IMG/VR virus record: IMGVR_UViG_3300042934_000356 | Location: 1 to 54,235 of that record | Origin: a virus | Taxonomy: Duplodnaviria > Caudoviricetes | Strand: one strand, 5' to 3' | DNA length: 54,235 nucleotides | Shown here: in pieces, positions 28,093 to 38,269 of the stretch | How positions within the stretch are numbered: the stretch's first letter is position 1 | Layout of the letters: the number at the start of each line of letters is the position of its first letter | Position numbers and translations under genes: made by a program | Notes under the pieces: generated by a model | Databases searched by the model: none | Told to the model about the DNA's origin: nothing | What the model saw: the letters and a program-made list of their open reading frames with translations, nothing else

Positions 28093-28428
28093 TTATATTT
28101 TATGTATGTTTCTTCTATTAAAATCTTCTGATTCTAATAATAATTTTAATTCCAATACAACATCATCAAAATCTACATCAAACCATTCTCCATTTTTACG
28201 TCTATATGAAAAACGACTATGCATTATCTTTTCAATTAAACTGTTTATGTACATTGGTTCAGTTATATAATACTTAAATTTTGCTCCATTCTGATTGCTT
28301 AGACTTGTAAATTTTTTGTGAGGATGTTTTGTTTTTCCGATTTTAACTAAATTACTTTCTGGATTATATATGACATACACATACCCCATATCAAATTCAG
28401 CGTCTAACCCTAAGAGCTCCTTATACAA
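28093..28428 (-). CDS. T5orf172/MUG113-type GIY-YIG domain protein
   Basis: GYVYVI.N....VKIGKT..P...E..MH..F...R..GEWF; probable TTG start after a GAAAGGG RBS. Confidence 0.75.
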   Translation of the reverse strand: MYKELLGLDAEFDMGYVYVIYNPESNLVKIGKTKHPHKKFTSLSNQNGAKFKYYITEPMYINSLIEKIMHSRFSYRRKNGEWFDVDFDDVVLELKLLLESEDFNRRNIHKI

Positions 28429-28447
28429 TAATTTATCCCTTTCACAA

Positions 28448-28675
28448 TTAAAGTTCTCTTTTGCACCATTTCGAATACAGTTCATCCATGATTTTTGACT
28501 TTTTCCATACAAAAACCAACTTATTATCCTCACCACATATAATATCCACCAACTGATCTTTTGCTTTCCCTGAATTTAAATAGCGATAGTTTTGCTGCAT
28601 ATTGGGAATTAATCTGGTTTCCTCTGTTTCATAATAACACTTGAATAAATCACTATAATATCTAATTACAATCAC
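28448..28675 (-). CDS. Small phage protein (DUF5659-like)
   Basis: Q...YL..G...LVFVW.K....ELY.KW pattern; the real start may be ATT 28666. Confidence 0.6.
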   Translation of the reverse strand: MIVIRYYSDLFKCYYETEETRLIPNMQQNYRYLNSGKAKDQLVDIICGEDNKLVFVWKKSKIMDELYSKWCKREL

Positions 28676-28771
28676 CGCTTTCTTCTAAATTTTTGCGTAA
28701 AAAAATAGGGGTATCACAATAATAATTCAAATAAATGAATAGTATTGGAATACCCCTATATAAAAATCACA

Positions 28772-29095
28772 CTATTCATTATCATTGCTTTTTACTCTTT
28801 TTGTTTTTAACGTTTTAGGTTCATCTTCATAAGAAAGAATATATTCAATTATATTTTTTATCTCTGGAACAAAGGTATCTAACCCAACTAAATCACATTT
28901 TTGCAATTGTTCTTTTGCTGTTTTTATATCTGTATATTTATTGTTATAATCTCTTATGATTAGAAAAATTTTATAATGCTCCATACTATCAACTATTGTA
29001 CGCCAGGGTGTATAAGATTTAACGTCCATACACCCTGAACAGGCATTATATCCAGTACCACAAATAGAGCAAGTATGATTAGGCTTTTCAGTCAT
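28772..29095 (-). CDS. Cys-cluster hypothetical tail-region protein
   Basis: CSICG..Y.AC..C...WR motif; directly after the tail tube gene. Confidence 0.65.
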   Translation of the reverse strand: MTEKPNHTCSICGTGYNACSGCMDVKSYTPWRTIVDSMEHYKIFLIIRDYNNKYTDIKTAKEQLQKCDLVGLDTFVPEIKNIIEYILSYEDEPKTLKTKRVKSNDNE

Positions 29096-29113
29096 CAAAT
29101 CTCTCCTCACACC

Positions 29114-29911
29114 TTAATCTTCAGAAACCATAATTTCGAACAGTTTGCCGTCTTCTCCGCAATATTCTTTCTGTAAAACATAAGATGCAGCATGTTTTCC
29201 TTCAGAAGTGAGATCTAAGCTTACGTTAGTAGGATCTATCTGTGCTCTAGGGCACCAGATTGCACCAGCATAAACAATATTTTTGTTACAAACCTCATGA
29301 AAGATCGCATGGATCAGTAAAGACCTTACTTCAGGAACACCATCTGTGTTTTTTGTAACCTTCACAGCAGTTGAAGTTTCTTTATTGTAATTTACAAAAG
29401 CCCTCCCGGTAACACCTGCTGGAAGAGTAATGGTTTTTGTGGCAACATCTAATGTGAATTTACCAACGGCTGCGGTTGCAGAAATTTCATATGTTTCGCC
29501 AAATGTGTTATTTGCATTAATAACTCTTACATATTTTACTTCAGCACCAGTTGTTCCTACTGGCTTGTATTTTAAAACAATCTTATTATCTGTGCTAATC
29601 TGCACGATTTCTGATACAGGCATAGTGATTTTATCAGTATCAGATGCTACCTTTTTCTCAGATGCAAACTGACTAGCTGCTAAATCCAAGCTAAATAGTG
29701 AATTTGTAAATCCAAAGGTACCAGACTGCGCGTTATAGAATGTCATTATGGGACTACCCATACTATCTACAACATCTGTACCTGTTGCAGTTGTGGCAAG
29801 AGTGGGAGATTCTATTTGTGTATATCTACCCACTAATTCATTGGTTGCGATATCAAATTCTTCTACCGCACGAATTTTTTCGAGTACTAGCTCGTTAGGA
29901 TTAAAAGCCAT
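29114..29911 (-). CDS. Major tail (tube) protein, YomU-like
   Basis: 265 aa, beta-rich, strong RBS, follows the neck genes. Confidence 0.65.
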   Translation of the reverse strand: MAFNPNELVLEKIRAVEEFDIATNELVGRYTQIESPTLATTATGTDVVDSMGSPIMTFYNAQSGTFGFTNSLFSLDLAASQFASEKKVASDTDKITMPVSEIVQISTDNKIVLKYKPVGTTGAEVKYVRVINANNTFGETYEISATAAVGKFTLDVATKTITLPAGVTGRAFVNYNKETSTAVKVTKNTDGVPEVRSLLIHAIFHEVCNKNIVYAGAIWCPRAQIDPTNVSLDLTSEGKHAASYVLQKEYCGEDGKLFEIMVSED

Positions 29912-29947
29912 TTTGTTCCTCCTTCATTTTGGGCAATAAAAAAGAAC

Positions 29948-30703
29948 TCAATCGAGTTCTCCATACCAATCTAATTGTTTTTTGTCTATATCTTTTAAAT
30001 TAATTCCATATCCAGAATATCCGCTTTGTAACAACAAATCCGCATTTTTAATTTTAGAAATTCGTTTTACACTATCCATAAAAGCATTTATTTTCATATC
30101 CCAAACTTTTTCATGATTGTATTTAAAACCTTCAAAATTTATCATTGCTGATATTAAATTAAGGAGATAGGAATGAGCCTCTTTATTTCTATTTAGTAAA
30201 TAGTTTTCTCTGTCATCCTCAATAAGTATCCGCTTTGTAGACTCATTTGCTGGGACTTGCTCATTTTTTTTAAATCCATGTGCCTTACGTATATAATCAG
30301 TGATTACGATATAAGTAAATTTATCTATGGTTATGTAATCACAATTACCTTCACTATCATAGATCTCTTGCATAAGACATATTTCATCATTGCTTTTATT
30401 CGAATATAATTCAAACTTAGTAAAATCTAAGTCTCCAAATATGATTTTGGTTTGTTTAACAGTAAACATTTTTATAAGCAGTTTATAAAATAATTCAAAA
30501 TCATCTATTAAAGTATAGTCAATTCCCATATCATCAAGCTGCCACTTTAAATCTGATCCAACAGAGGTTAATGTGTTGACTAAGTGGAAATATTCTGATT
30601 CTCCATAGTTACAGATTTCATTTAGAGTTGGCTGATGTATTGTAATATACTTATTAACAACAAAATCATCACCTCGATAAATTTTCAGTTCATCATTAAA
30701 CAT
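29948..30703 (-). CDS. Conserved tail-region protein (YomV-like)
   Basis: I.QPTL.EI..YGE..Y motif; synteny. Confidence 0.55.
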   Translation of the reverse strand: MFNDELKIYRGDDFVVNKYITIHQPTLNEICNYGESEYFHLVNTLTSVGSDLKWQLDDMGIDYTLIDDFELFYKLLIKMFTVKQTKIIFGDLDFTKFELYSNKSNDEICLMQEIYDSEGNCDYITIDKFTYIVITDYIRKAHGFKKNEQVPANESTKRILIEDDRENYLLNRNKEAHSYLLNLISAMINFEGFKYNHEKVWDMKINAFMDSVKRISKIKNADLLLQSGYSGYGINLKDIDKKQLDWYGELD

Positions 30704-31184
30704 AACCTTCCCCTATTTTACTGCACAAATTATTGGTTGTTAGATTAACAAATTGTAATGTTCTAACGTGATATTTGTTCTCTAAAATTGCTTCAGTATC
30801 AGAGACTAATTCCAACTCAAAACCTAAAATATTAGTCCAATTAAAACTATTTAAAACAATTCCACCTAGAACATCATGTCTGTTTCCATAATTAGTACTT
30901 ATAGTATCTTCATGACAAATTATCCCTAGATTAATTGTACAGTTCTTAAATGCTGAATTTCTATTTGATTTCTTAGAATTATAATCAAAGCAGATATAAT
31001 TTTTAACTGTTGTAGTAGAGTCAGGAACCCTCATATAAGAAAATATGTTTTTGTTTACCATCTGAGCAGGATTTGTTATTTCAGTATTGCTGATAAAGTT
31101 ATATATCTCTGGGATGCTTACTAATTGATTAATTATTTTTCGTTTATATTCAATAACCTCTGAATCCAATAAATTAACTGCCAT
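30696..31184 (-). CDS. Putative tail terminator/neck protein
   Basis: Size, synteny and NRHD motif. Confidence 0.5.
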   Translation of the reverse strand: MAVNLLDSEVIEYKRKIINQLVSIPEIYNFISNTEITNPAQMVNKNIFSYMRVPDSTTTVKNYICFDYNSKKSNRNSAFKNCTINLGIICHEDTISTNYGNRHDVLGGIVLNSFNWTNILGFELELVSDTEAILENKYHVRTLQFVNLTTNNLCSKIGEGYV

Positions 31185-31187
31185 CTC

Positions 31188-32201
31188 CTAATACCACCCC
31201 CCAAGAGTCAAAGTAATATTTCCTTTGTAATTTCCAGTCCCATTTGATACCGAAGCAATAATCGTAGTGCCATATAGTTCAAATTTATCATCAGCATAAA
31301 TATTTACATTATTACCAGTGTAGTTTAAATGAATATATCCTTCCAGACCAGCCGGCAGCGCAAATTCCCACACCGAAACAATAGAAGAATTTTCTGTCTT
31401 ATCTGCATTATAAAATTTTGGTGAGAGAGTAGTGCCATCCTTATAACCAACAATTACCTTATTATCTTCACTATCTGAAGCTATAACTGCGTATGTATCA
31501 CCATCTGGTGGATTTGGATTTTCTGTTGGTTCTATATAATTACATATACCCAAATCTTTTCTATCCGTTTTATCATTGTATTTGGATTGTTTCATTGTAA
31601 GTTCAATTAGCCCTTTATCTCCAAACTTAAATTCAGTCCTATTTGGTTTACTGACTGCATAGACCTGTGGAATTTCAACATTGAGGTCATCAATAAAAAA
31701 CCTATCATCATAATCAATCAAAACTGTATTAGAATCAAAAGGTAATTTTATCGTGTAAATTGAATCGCCTACTGTTATTACTTTACCCTCAGATATGCCA
31801 GCAGTTGAACTGGTTGATGCTATGCATGGATAGGAGAGGATAGTACCTGCGGAGTTTTGCCATTTCAGTGTGTAATTACAGAGTTGCATCTTGCCTGATG
31901 TATATACTTGATTTCCAGTATCTTTAGAGATGACAAACCAGTTTAAATCATTCCAAAAGATATAATCACCAATATTAAAATCTTCATCCGGTCTAGCTTT
32001 AATAGTCTTTTTATTCTCATCTATTGTTCTTACTATGAGTAAATCTTGTTTATTTTCATTAACTTTTACAGTATAAAAATCTATCGTATCATTAAACCTA
32101 TTATTTACTTGTGATTTAATATCATAAAGCATAGTATCTTTTTTACTAGAAGTACCATATGTATTATTAATTTTTAAAAAGTAATTAATATCAAACGCCA
32201 T
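31188..32201 (-). CDS. Head-closure/neck protein (YomX-like)
   Basis: GDYI.W...W....CNYTLKW; D...DLGICNY motif. Confidence 0.55.
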   Translation of the reverse strand: MAFDINYFLKINNTYGTSSKKDTMLYDIKSQVNNRFNDTIDFYTVKVNENKQDLLIVRTIDENKKTIKARPDEDFNIGDYIFWNDLNWFVISKDTGNQVYTSGKMQLCNYTLKWQNSAGTILSYPCIASTSSTAGISEGKVITVGDSIYTIKLPFDSNTVLIDYDDRFFIDDLNVEIPQVYAVSKPNRTEFKFGDKGLIELTMKQSKYNDKTDRKDLGICNYIEPTENPNPPDGDTYAVIASDSEDNKVIVGYKDGTTLSPKFYNADKTENSSIVSVWEFALPAGLEGYIHLNYTGNNVNIYADDKFELYGTTIIASVSNGTGNYKGNITLTLGGWY

Positions 32202-32212
32202 ATAAGTACCCC

Positions 32213-32701
32213 CTAGTATTCATACTTACTATGGTCAATAGTTTTAGGTATACCAGTAATTCTATCAACAGATTTATAGTGATCTATTTTAACTATATTA
32301 TCTAATTTAATTTTTTCTACCATATCCGAGAATGTCTTGCGTTCTGATGCCGGAGAAAATTGATTTAAATCAGAAGGAGTCATAGCTATCTTAAAAGCCT
32401 TTAACAAAACTAAATCACGTTCAAAATATACTTCATACATTAATCCAACAAATAAACCTAATTCTTTCTTAGTGAAATCAAAATTAAATTTATCCAAATC
32501 TTCATCATAATCAAAAAAATCTACATCAGGTGTGCATTCATTTGTCAACTTTTCGACCGCTTCAACAATATATCCATTTGCTTGTGTTTGTGCTAATTGA
32601 ATTACCTCTGAAGTAGAAACATTATAGTATGTAAAAAAATCTTTGTCTTTTTCTATTCTTTTATAAAATTTATTTCTTAACTGATCAAATGTAGTTGACA
32701 C
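32213..32701 (-). CDS. Head-tail adaptor (YomZ-like)
   Basis: TTF...F..RI, FNFD.T..E, D...FSPA motifs; follows the head genes. Confidence 0.55.
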   Translation of the reverse strand: MSTTFDQLRNKFYKRIEKDKDFFTYYNVSTSEVIQLAQTQANGYIVEAVEKLTNECTPDVDFFDYDEDLDKFNFDFTKKELGLFVGLMYEVYFERDLVLLKAFKIAMTPSDLNQFSPASERKTFSDMVEKIKLDNIVKIDHYKSVDRITGIPKTIDHSKYEY

Positions 32702-32712
32702 GATTCACCTTC

Positions 32713-33393
32713 TTACTTGGTAGATGGCCTTCCGACTTTTTTAGATTCCAGCTCTTTCTTTTCTTCTGGTTTAACATTTGCTTTCTGTATTTCAATCATT
32801 TGTTCCATCATTTTTTGCATCTGTTCAATTTTGTCTTCAAGAGATTTGTTCTGTTCTTTTAATGCTTCAACATCTTCAGTAGATGCTTTTTTAGATTCAC
32901 CATCTTTATCTCTTAAAGTAATCTGAGTCTTTGAAATATTCTTCCTAAATTCAGTGTGTCTTAATTGAACTAAATTTATAACTCTATTAGAAATATCGTA
33001 ATCCCCAGAATTTATTAGATTAGTTAGAATACACCTTACCCGTTCAAATGTGATTTCATCTCTCACATCAAGGATTCTCTGCAATCCATCTTTACTAGGA
33101 TTCAATAAATATTCCTTAATATTTTCATTAGTTAAGATTCTATCCCAATCAGAAATATTTAAAGCTTCATAAATTTCCTTTTCCTGTTCTGAACTAAAAC
33201 GAATAAAACCATTTTTAATAGCATTACTTTGAGCATTTACGTATTCAATTTCTTCAAATGTAAGATAGTCCATTGTTGGAGAATTGTCCCGACAAGGCTC
33301 AAGAGCATGTGTCTTAATATTAGTAACAATGCTTACATGAAACGCATTATAGTTATAGACAGGAATAAGTTTATTTGTTTTAATATCACTCAT
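32713..33393 (-). CDS. Head-associated protein (YonA-like)
   Basis: Follows the capsid gene; C-terminal coiled coil and KKVGRP tail; RBS supports a start at MSDIK. Confidence 0.55.
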   Translation of the reverse strand: MSDIKTNKLIPVYNYNAFHVSIVTNIKTHALEPCRDNSPTMDYLTFEEIEYVNAQSNAIKNGFIRFSSEQEKEIYEALNISDWDRILTNENIKEYLLNPSKDGLQRILDVRDEITFERVRCILTNLINSGDYDISNRVINLVQLRHTEFRKNISKTQITLRDKDGESKKASTEDVEALKEQNKSLEDKIEQMQKMMEQMIEIQKANVKPEEKKELESKKVGRPSTK

Positions 33394-33474
33394 TAAATAT
33401 AATTCCACCTTCTTGTTTAAATTTAAGGGGTAATGCAAAGCAAAACCCCTCATTATGTATCATATTATTTATAA

Positions 33475-34479
33475 TTACGCTGTAAACGTAATTTTACCTA
33501 CCTTCTCAGGATTGGTTACTTTAATACCATACTCATAACCAGTAAATTTTAAAGAAACAACTTCTTTATTGTTATCCATAGTTTCATATACTCTTAAAGC
33601 TCCTCTATCAGCAATTTCACCAATCTTACCAGCTACACCAAAAATTCTCTTATCTGGGACAAGTAATTCACCATCAGCAGCTTTCTTAGCAGCAGAGAAA
33701 CCAGCTATTAATAAACCACCATATTCTTTTACTAAACCATATCTATTATATGCATCTTTCATAGAATCACTCATATAAGAAGAGTATCCAGCCATATTTG
33801 CAATGGCTTGTGCATACTTATTCAAGCCAAAAGAAAATGGTGCATCGCCAGTATCAACCTGATCAATAACATATAATGCAAGTTTATCAAGAGTTGTTTT
33901 ATCAAGAGTAGAACCAGTAATACCAAATACCTGATCAGAACCAACAATTGCAGCATCAAGAGCAGCAAATACATCCTTAATTTTCTTATTATCAAGAGCT
34001 TCTTTTGCAAATACAGCTAATGTAGCCATATTCTTGAAACCACCTCTACGAAGCTGTGCATAGGATATTTCTGTCTCTACCTGAGCATGTTTCCAAGTGG
34101 GGGTAAGTACGGAACCATCAATATAACTCTTATCCACATTTCCGCCTTTAGCAGCATCATATGCAATAAGTGTATTCTTAGGAGTTTTATTGATAATATA
34201 ATCATCAAACTCACCTACAGAGCCACGATTAAACATAGTATCAAGCAATGCATCTGGCTTGTCATAAACGGGATCAGTAATAGTCTTAATAATAAATTCT
34301 GCTACCTCATTATCAGAATCCTTACCTTTTGTTCCTATTTCTTTTGCCCAAGCATCAACAACTTCGGAAATCTCTTTTTCTTCCGATGTGAGATTGCAAT
34401 TACCAACAACCTTCTCAGCCCAGTCATACATCTGACCTTCTTTATTCATAATTTCAGCAATTTCTAATTTAACGGACAT
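33475..34479 (-). CDS. Major capsid protein (YonB-like)
   Basis: 334 aa, strong AAGGAGG RBS, follows the scaffold and decoration genes. Confidence 0.75.
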   Translation of the reverse strand: MSVKLEIAEIMNKEGQMYDWAEKVVGNCNLTSEEKEISEVVDAWAKEIGTKGKDSDNEVAEFIIKTITDPVYDKPDALLDTMFNRGSVGEFDDYIINKTPKNTLIAYDAAKGGNVDKSYIDGSVLTPTWKHAQVETEISYAQLRRGGFKNMATLAVFAKEALDNKKIKDVFAALDAAIVGSDQVFGITGSTLDKTTLDKLALYVIDQVDTGDAPFSFGLNKYAQAIANMAGYSSYMSDSMKDAYNRYGLVKEYGGLLIAGFSAAKKAADGELLVPDKRIFGVAGKIGEIADRGALRVYETMDNNKEVVSLKFTGYEYGIKVTNPEKVGKITFTA

Positions 34480-34512
34480 TTATAATTCCTCCTTGTTTAA
34501 TATTATTTTCAA

Positions 34513-34977
34513 TTAGGCTATTGTCGCCCAGTCAGTAACCTCAAATACAATGCCGGAATGTGTGCCAGCATCTTTATATGTAATACTTGTAACCTTTAAG
34601 TTGGATTTGGCACTTGTCGCTCCCTTTTCAAACTTACCATCTGTACCTACTACAAGATAATCACCAACTGCGACAGTATCAGCCTGATCAGTAAAATATC
34701 TTTCACCAATAATAGGTTTAACTAGTACAACAGGTTCATCTTCAGCAATCTTTTCAAAAGTATCATGATAATCGGATAATTCTCCATACAGCGTATATAC
34801 ACCAGTAGGAATCATTTCTTTTGTAACCAAAAATACATCCAGAGCGGTAGCAGAAGTGGGGAAAGCAGTCTCTTTATTTGCACCCTTAATAGCACCCATA
34901 CCTTTAACCATTGCAGCGCCAGCTACATATGTAGCATCTGCGTTCTTACCATTAATTGACTGTAAAACTCTAAGCAT
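34513..34977 (-). CDS. Head decoration/cement protein (YonC-like)
   Basis: 154 aa beta-rich protein with GERYFTDQ..VGDYL motif, between scaffold and capsid. Confidence 0.6.
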   Translation of the reverse strand: MLRVLQSINGKNADATYVAGAAMVKGMGAIKGANKETAFPTSATALDVFLVTKEMIPTGVYTLYGELSDYHDTFEKIAEDEPVVLVKPIIGERYFTDQADTVAVGDYLVVGTDGKFEKGATSAKSNLKVTSITYKDAGTHSGIVFEVTDWATIA

Positions 34978-34991
34978 TATAATTTCCTCCT

Positions 34992-36485
34992 TTATTTTCC
35001 TAAGAATTTTTTCATAACAGATACTTTATCAACTGTTACATCATCATCCACTAAACTAGCCGAAGCTACATTTGTGTCTTTCTTTGTTTCTTTTGTTTCA
35101 GATATTTCAACTTCTTCCTTTTCTAAAGAAGCCATATATCTTGTTGCAACTAATTCTTTTAACGCCTTTTCATCCAGCGCGTCAACGAAACCTTTAATCT
35201 CTTGTGAAGACTCAAATTCTTCTTTAGTAATAAGACCAGACTTTTCATATTTTGAAATTAAATTTTGCTTCTTTTCAGAAGTTTCTTTTTCAATGCGTTT
35301 CTGTTCAACTTGTTCAAACTTTTCCTTAAAGGGAGTGAGTTCACTTATTTGAATTTTTAAAACTTGAATTTCTTCGCTTGCTTTTACAATAGCATCATTT
35401 TTTGATTCAATCTGAGAATTAATTTCTGAAACACTAACTGTAAGTTTTACATTCTGTGGCTCAGAAAGAACGATTTCTTCGTTTTCAACTTCATATGTAA
35501 ATAAAACATAATCAAGTTCACTTTCTCTATTCCAATCCTCAAACCATACTGTTTTTTCTAATGGAAAATGGAAAGCAATCCACCCATATGTATCAAGTTT
35601 CTTCTCACATGCATCCATTAGCTTCATTCTTAAATCTCTATCAGTCAAAGCTGAAGTTTCAACATTTTCTGCATTTTCTTCTACAGATTTGGTTGGTGCT
35701 TCAGTTCCTTCTGAACTAACTTCAGAATTTTCGGTTGTTTTTACAGTGCTATCTAAATTTTCATCTGTATTAATAGCTTCTTCCGAAACTTCTGTTTCTT
35801 TATTTTTCTTCAAATCTACGTCCTCCTTTTCTGTAGCATTTATATTAAGCCCATCTAAAATATCATGGGATAAGGCTTCTGCAATTAATAACTGACTTTC
35901 TTTTGTTGATAATGAAACTGCCTTTGCATCTTTTCCATATGCTGGGCTAGAAAATTCATACCCTAAAAGACAATTTGATAGAAAGACATAGTCAGTAATC
36001 TTTTTTATACCATCTTTAAATTCATAAGCAGATGTTGCAATTTCCCAAGAACTAAACAATTTATTTTCTGCAAATAATCTTCTGATTGCAGCAACTATAT
36101 TTTTATTTCTTTTCCATATTCTATATTTTGCAAATAAACACGGCAGAGTTCTTTGGGTTCCGTCAACGTCAACGTTATCATCTTGAATATAAACTTCTGT
36201 ATGAGTCCCAATACTATCAGTAGCAAATGCAACTTCACCATCTTCATCTATGTACATTTCGTGACCACCTAAAGTGGGTTCACCTTTGCTATTAACTCTA
36301 TAACGAGCTACTACAGGCATATTTATAAGTGTCTCCGCCTTTTCTTTAGCCCCTTCTGATGGCAACATTGCATTATTAAGATTAGGTTCATCATAAAAAC
36401 AAACTCTATTTGTCAATTCTAAATATGATTCATTTTCTGCTATATCTATTGTTTGACTAGATAGGCAAACTATATCTTTATTCAA
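34992..36485 (-). CDS. Prohead protease/scaffold (YonD-like)
   Basis: LGGHE, SSWEI and LLG..PAY protease-like motifs; acidic coiled-coil C-terminus. Confidence 0.7.
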   Translation of the reverse strand: MNKDIVCLSSQTIDIAENESYLELTNRVCFYDEPNLNNAMLPSEGAKEKAETLINMPVVARYRVNSKGEPTLGGHEMYIDEDGEVAFATDSIGTHTEVYIQDDNVDVDGTQRTLPCLFAKYRIWKRNKNIVAAIRRLFAENKLFSSWEIATSAYEFKDGIKKITDYVFLSNCLLGYEFSSPAYGKDAKAVSLSTKESQLLIAEALSHDILDGLNINATEKEDVDLKKNKETEVSEEAINTDENLDSTVKTTENSEVSSEGTEAPTKSVEENAENVETSALTDRDLRMKLMDACEKKLDTYGWIAFHFPLEKTVWFEDWNRESELDYVLFTYEVENEEIVLSEPQNVKLTVSVSEINSQIESKNDAIVKASEEIQVLKIQISELTPFKEKFEQVEQKRIEKETSEKKQNLISKYEKSGLITKEEFESSQEIKGFVDALDEKALKELVATRYMASLEKEEVEISETKETKKDTNVASASLVDDDVTVDKVSVMKKFLGK

Positions 36486-36648
36486 TTATTTCACCACCTT
36501 TCAAAGTTCCTATCTCAATACCATTGTCAGACAAAACCTTACGCAGTTCTTCCTGATTTTGCGTAACAAAAAAGACGGTCAATTTTCCGTCTTGTTCTAA
36601 TAATCTTATTTTCTTTTTACAACAAGGACATATAATATATTCTTCCAT
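36478..36648 (-). CDS. Small CPCC zinc-finger protein, 56 aa
   Basis: MEEYIICPCCKKKI...; fills the gap between portal and scaffold. Confidence 0.55.
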   Translation of the reverse strand: MEEYIICPCCKKKIRLLEQDGKLTVFFVTQNQEELRKVLSDNGIEIGTLKGGEIIE

Positions 36649-36653
36649 AAGCC

Positions 36654-38255
36654 CTACCTGTTCTTATTGTATTCTTGATCATAATTTGTCTTATTTGTTT
36701 CAGTATCAGAATTTGGCCTACCACTGTTATTATTTGAACCATTAGAATTGTACGATGTTGCTCTAGGAGTAAATATTTTATCATACCCTTTTTCTTTTTC
36801 TGTTTTACGTTTTGACAATTCGTCATTAATGTCCAATCCGATAGTATTATATACAGTTTCAAGGCTTGCATTAAGAGTGGTGTATAAAAATGTTGCCAGT
36901 TCAAGTTTCATTTTAGCTTCAAGCTGCTCTGAATCAATTATTGTAACTTTGGGACAATATTCAACTGGATATCCATTGTCTTTCAATACTTGTTTATACC
37001 ATCTTTGTAATATATCCTCTTGCTGTTCTGAAATTTTATTGATTGTTCTTAATAATTGAGCAATAGATATGCTGGCTGTACTTACAGATTGAGAAGAAGA
37101 ATCCATTAGAAATCCAATACCTAAAGTATTTAATACTTTTGATCTATAACTGTTAACAGTACTTACATCTGTTAATTCAGTTTTACTTTCTACATATTTT
37201 ATATCCTCAACATGGGCAGGAGCAGTAACAACAACCGTTGGTTGTTTCCATGCAAGCATAAAGTTATCATGAGCATATGCCATTTCTTCAAAACCTTTTT
37301 TATTATAATCTGTTCCCAAAACTTCTTTTCTTAACTTTTGAAATATAATTTTCTTGGCTTTAGCTTTGCTGTTTACTCTATCTGAATTTTCAAAAGTCTC
37401 AAGCATAATTGTAGGTTTTAAAGCCCTAAAGATAGGAGATAAGCCATACTTCCTATTAATATTACCTATTCGCATAACACCAATATATTTAGGATTAAGC
37501 TTTGCATATTTTTCTTTGTCAACAAATGCTTGATATACCTCTTCCGGATAATTTGCTTTTACTTCTTCATCCATTGTATCAAAAAATAGTGCCTTATTTT
37601 TACGATTTTTTTTATATACTCTTGTTAGACGATTTCTAAGTTCTTGAACATCTAGCAGTATATTTGGTATACCGCCAATGTTATAATCTGAAACTTCAAC
37701 TATACCAAGTGGATAGTAGTCAACAAAATATGAACCATCGTCCCTATGTCTAAGATATTCAATATATGTACCTTCTGCATATGTAGTCGGTATTGAAGTC
37801 CTAATTAAATTCTTTATATTAATCTGGTCATTAAAATTATCAATAAATATTTTTGTTTCATCTAATGTTTTTAATTTATTTCTTCCTTCAACAACATTAG
37901 TATAAGATAATTTTATTTCAGTATTTACATTAGTTTCAATACATTCAACCGTTTTACCAATAATATCATCTTTATTAATATATTTTCTTATAATAGCATT
38001 AATCTTTAATATTTTGTCTAAATCAGATTGAGGCATATCTGCCAGCTCTTCTAGCTTTTCAGGTGTGACAATTATATCAGATACAAAACCATCTTTTAGA
38101 TATGTAGAGTATATTTGATTTGTTGCATCATACTTAGTAAATGCCTGAGACAATATTTTTTCTATATCACTTTCTGGTGATGTAACTAATGTTGTGTTTT
38201 CATCTAACTTAGAAATTACTACGACATCAAAATCTTTTTTATTTTCTTCTGACAT
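36654..38255 (-). CDS. Portal protein (YonE-like)
   Basis: About 530 aa, directly after the terminase; RKYGLSPI motif; C-terminal GRP. Confidence 0.75.
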   Translation of the reverse strand: MSEENKKDFDVVVISKLDENTTLVTSPESDIEKILSQAFTKYDATNQIYSTYLKDGFVSDIIVTPEKLEELADMPQSDLDKILKINAIIRKYINKDDIIGKTVECIETNVNTEIKLSYTNVVEGRNKLKTLDETKIFIDNFNDQINIKNLIRTSIPTTYAEGTYIEYLRHRDDGSYFVDYYPLGIVEVSDYNIGGIPNILLDVQELRNRLTRVYKKNRKNKALFFDTMDEEVKANYPEEVYQAFVDKEKYAKLNPKYIGVMRIGNINRKYGLSPIFRALKPTIMLETFENSDRVNSKAKAKKIIFQKLRKEVLGTDYNKKGFEEMAYAHDNFMLAWKQPTVVVTAPAHVEDIKYVESKTELTDVSTVNSYRSKVLNTLGIGFLMDSSSQSVSTASISIAQLLRTINKISEQQEDILQRWYKQVLKDNGYPVEYCPKVTIIDSEQLEAKMKLELATFLYTTLNASLETVYNTIGLDINDELSKRKTEKEKGYDKIFTPRATSYNSNGSNNNSGRPNSDTETNKTNYDQEYNKNR

Positions 38256-38269
38256 ATATAACCTCCTCT

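Noticed and set aside
26579-29110. Tail-assembly-chaperone programmed frameshift
   Set aside because: No convincing slippery site joining two ORFs. The 28448/28093 overlap is explained by a downstream TTG start with its own RBS.
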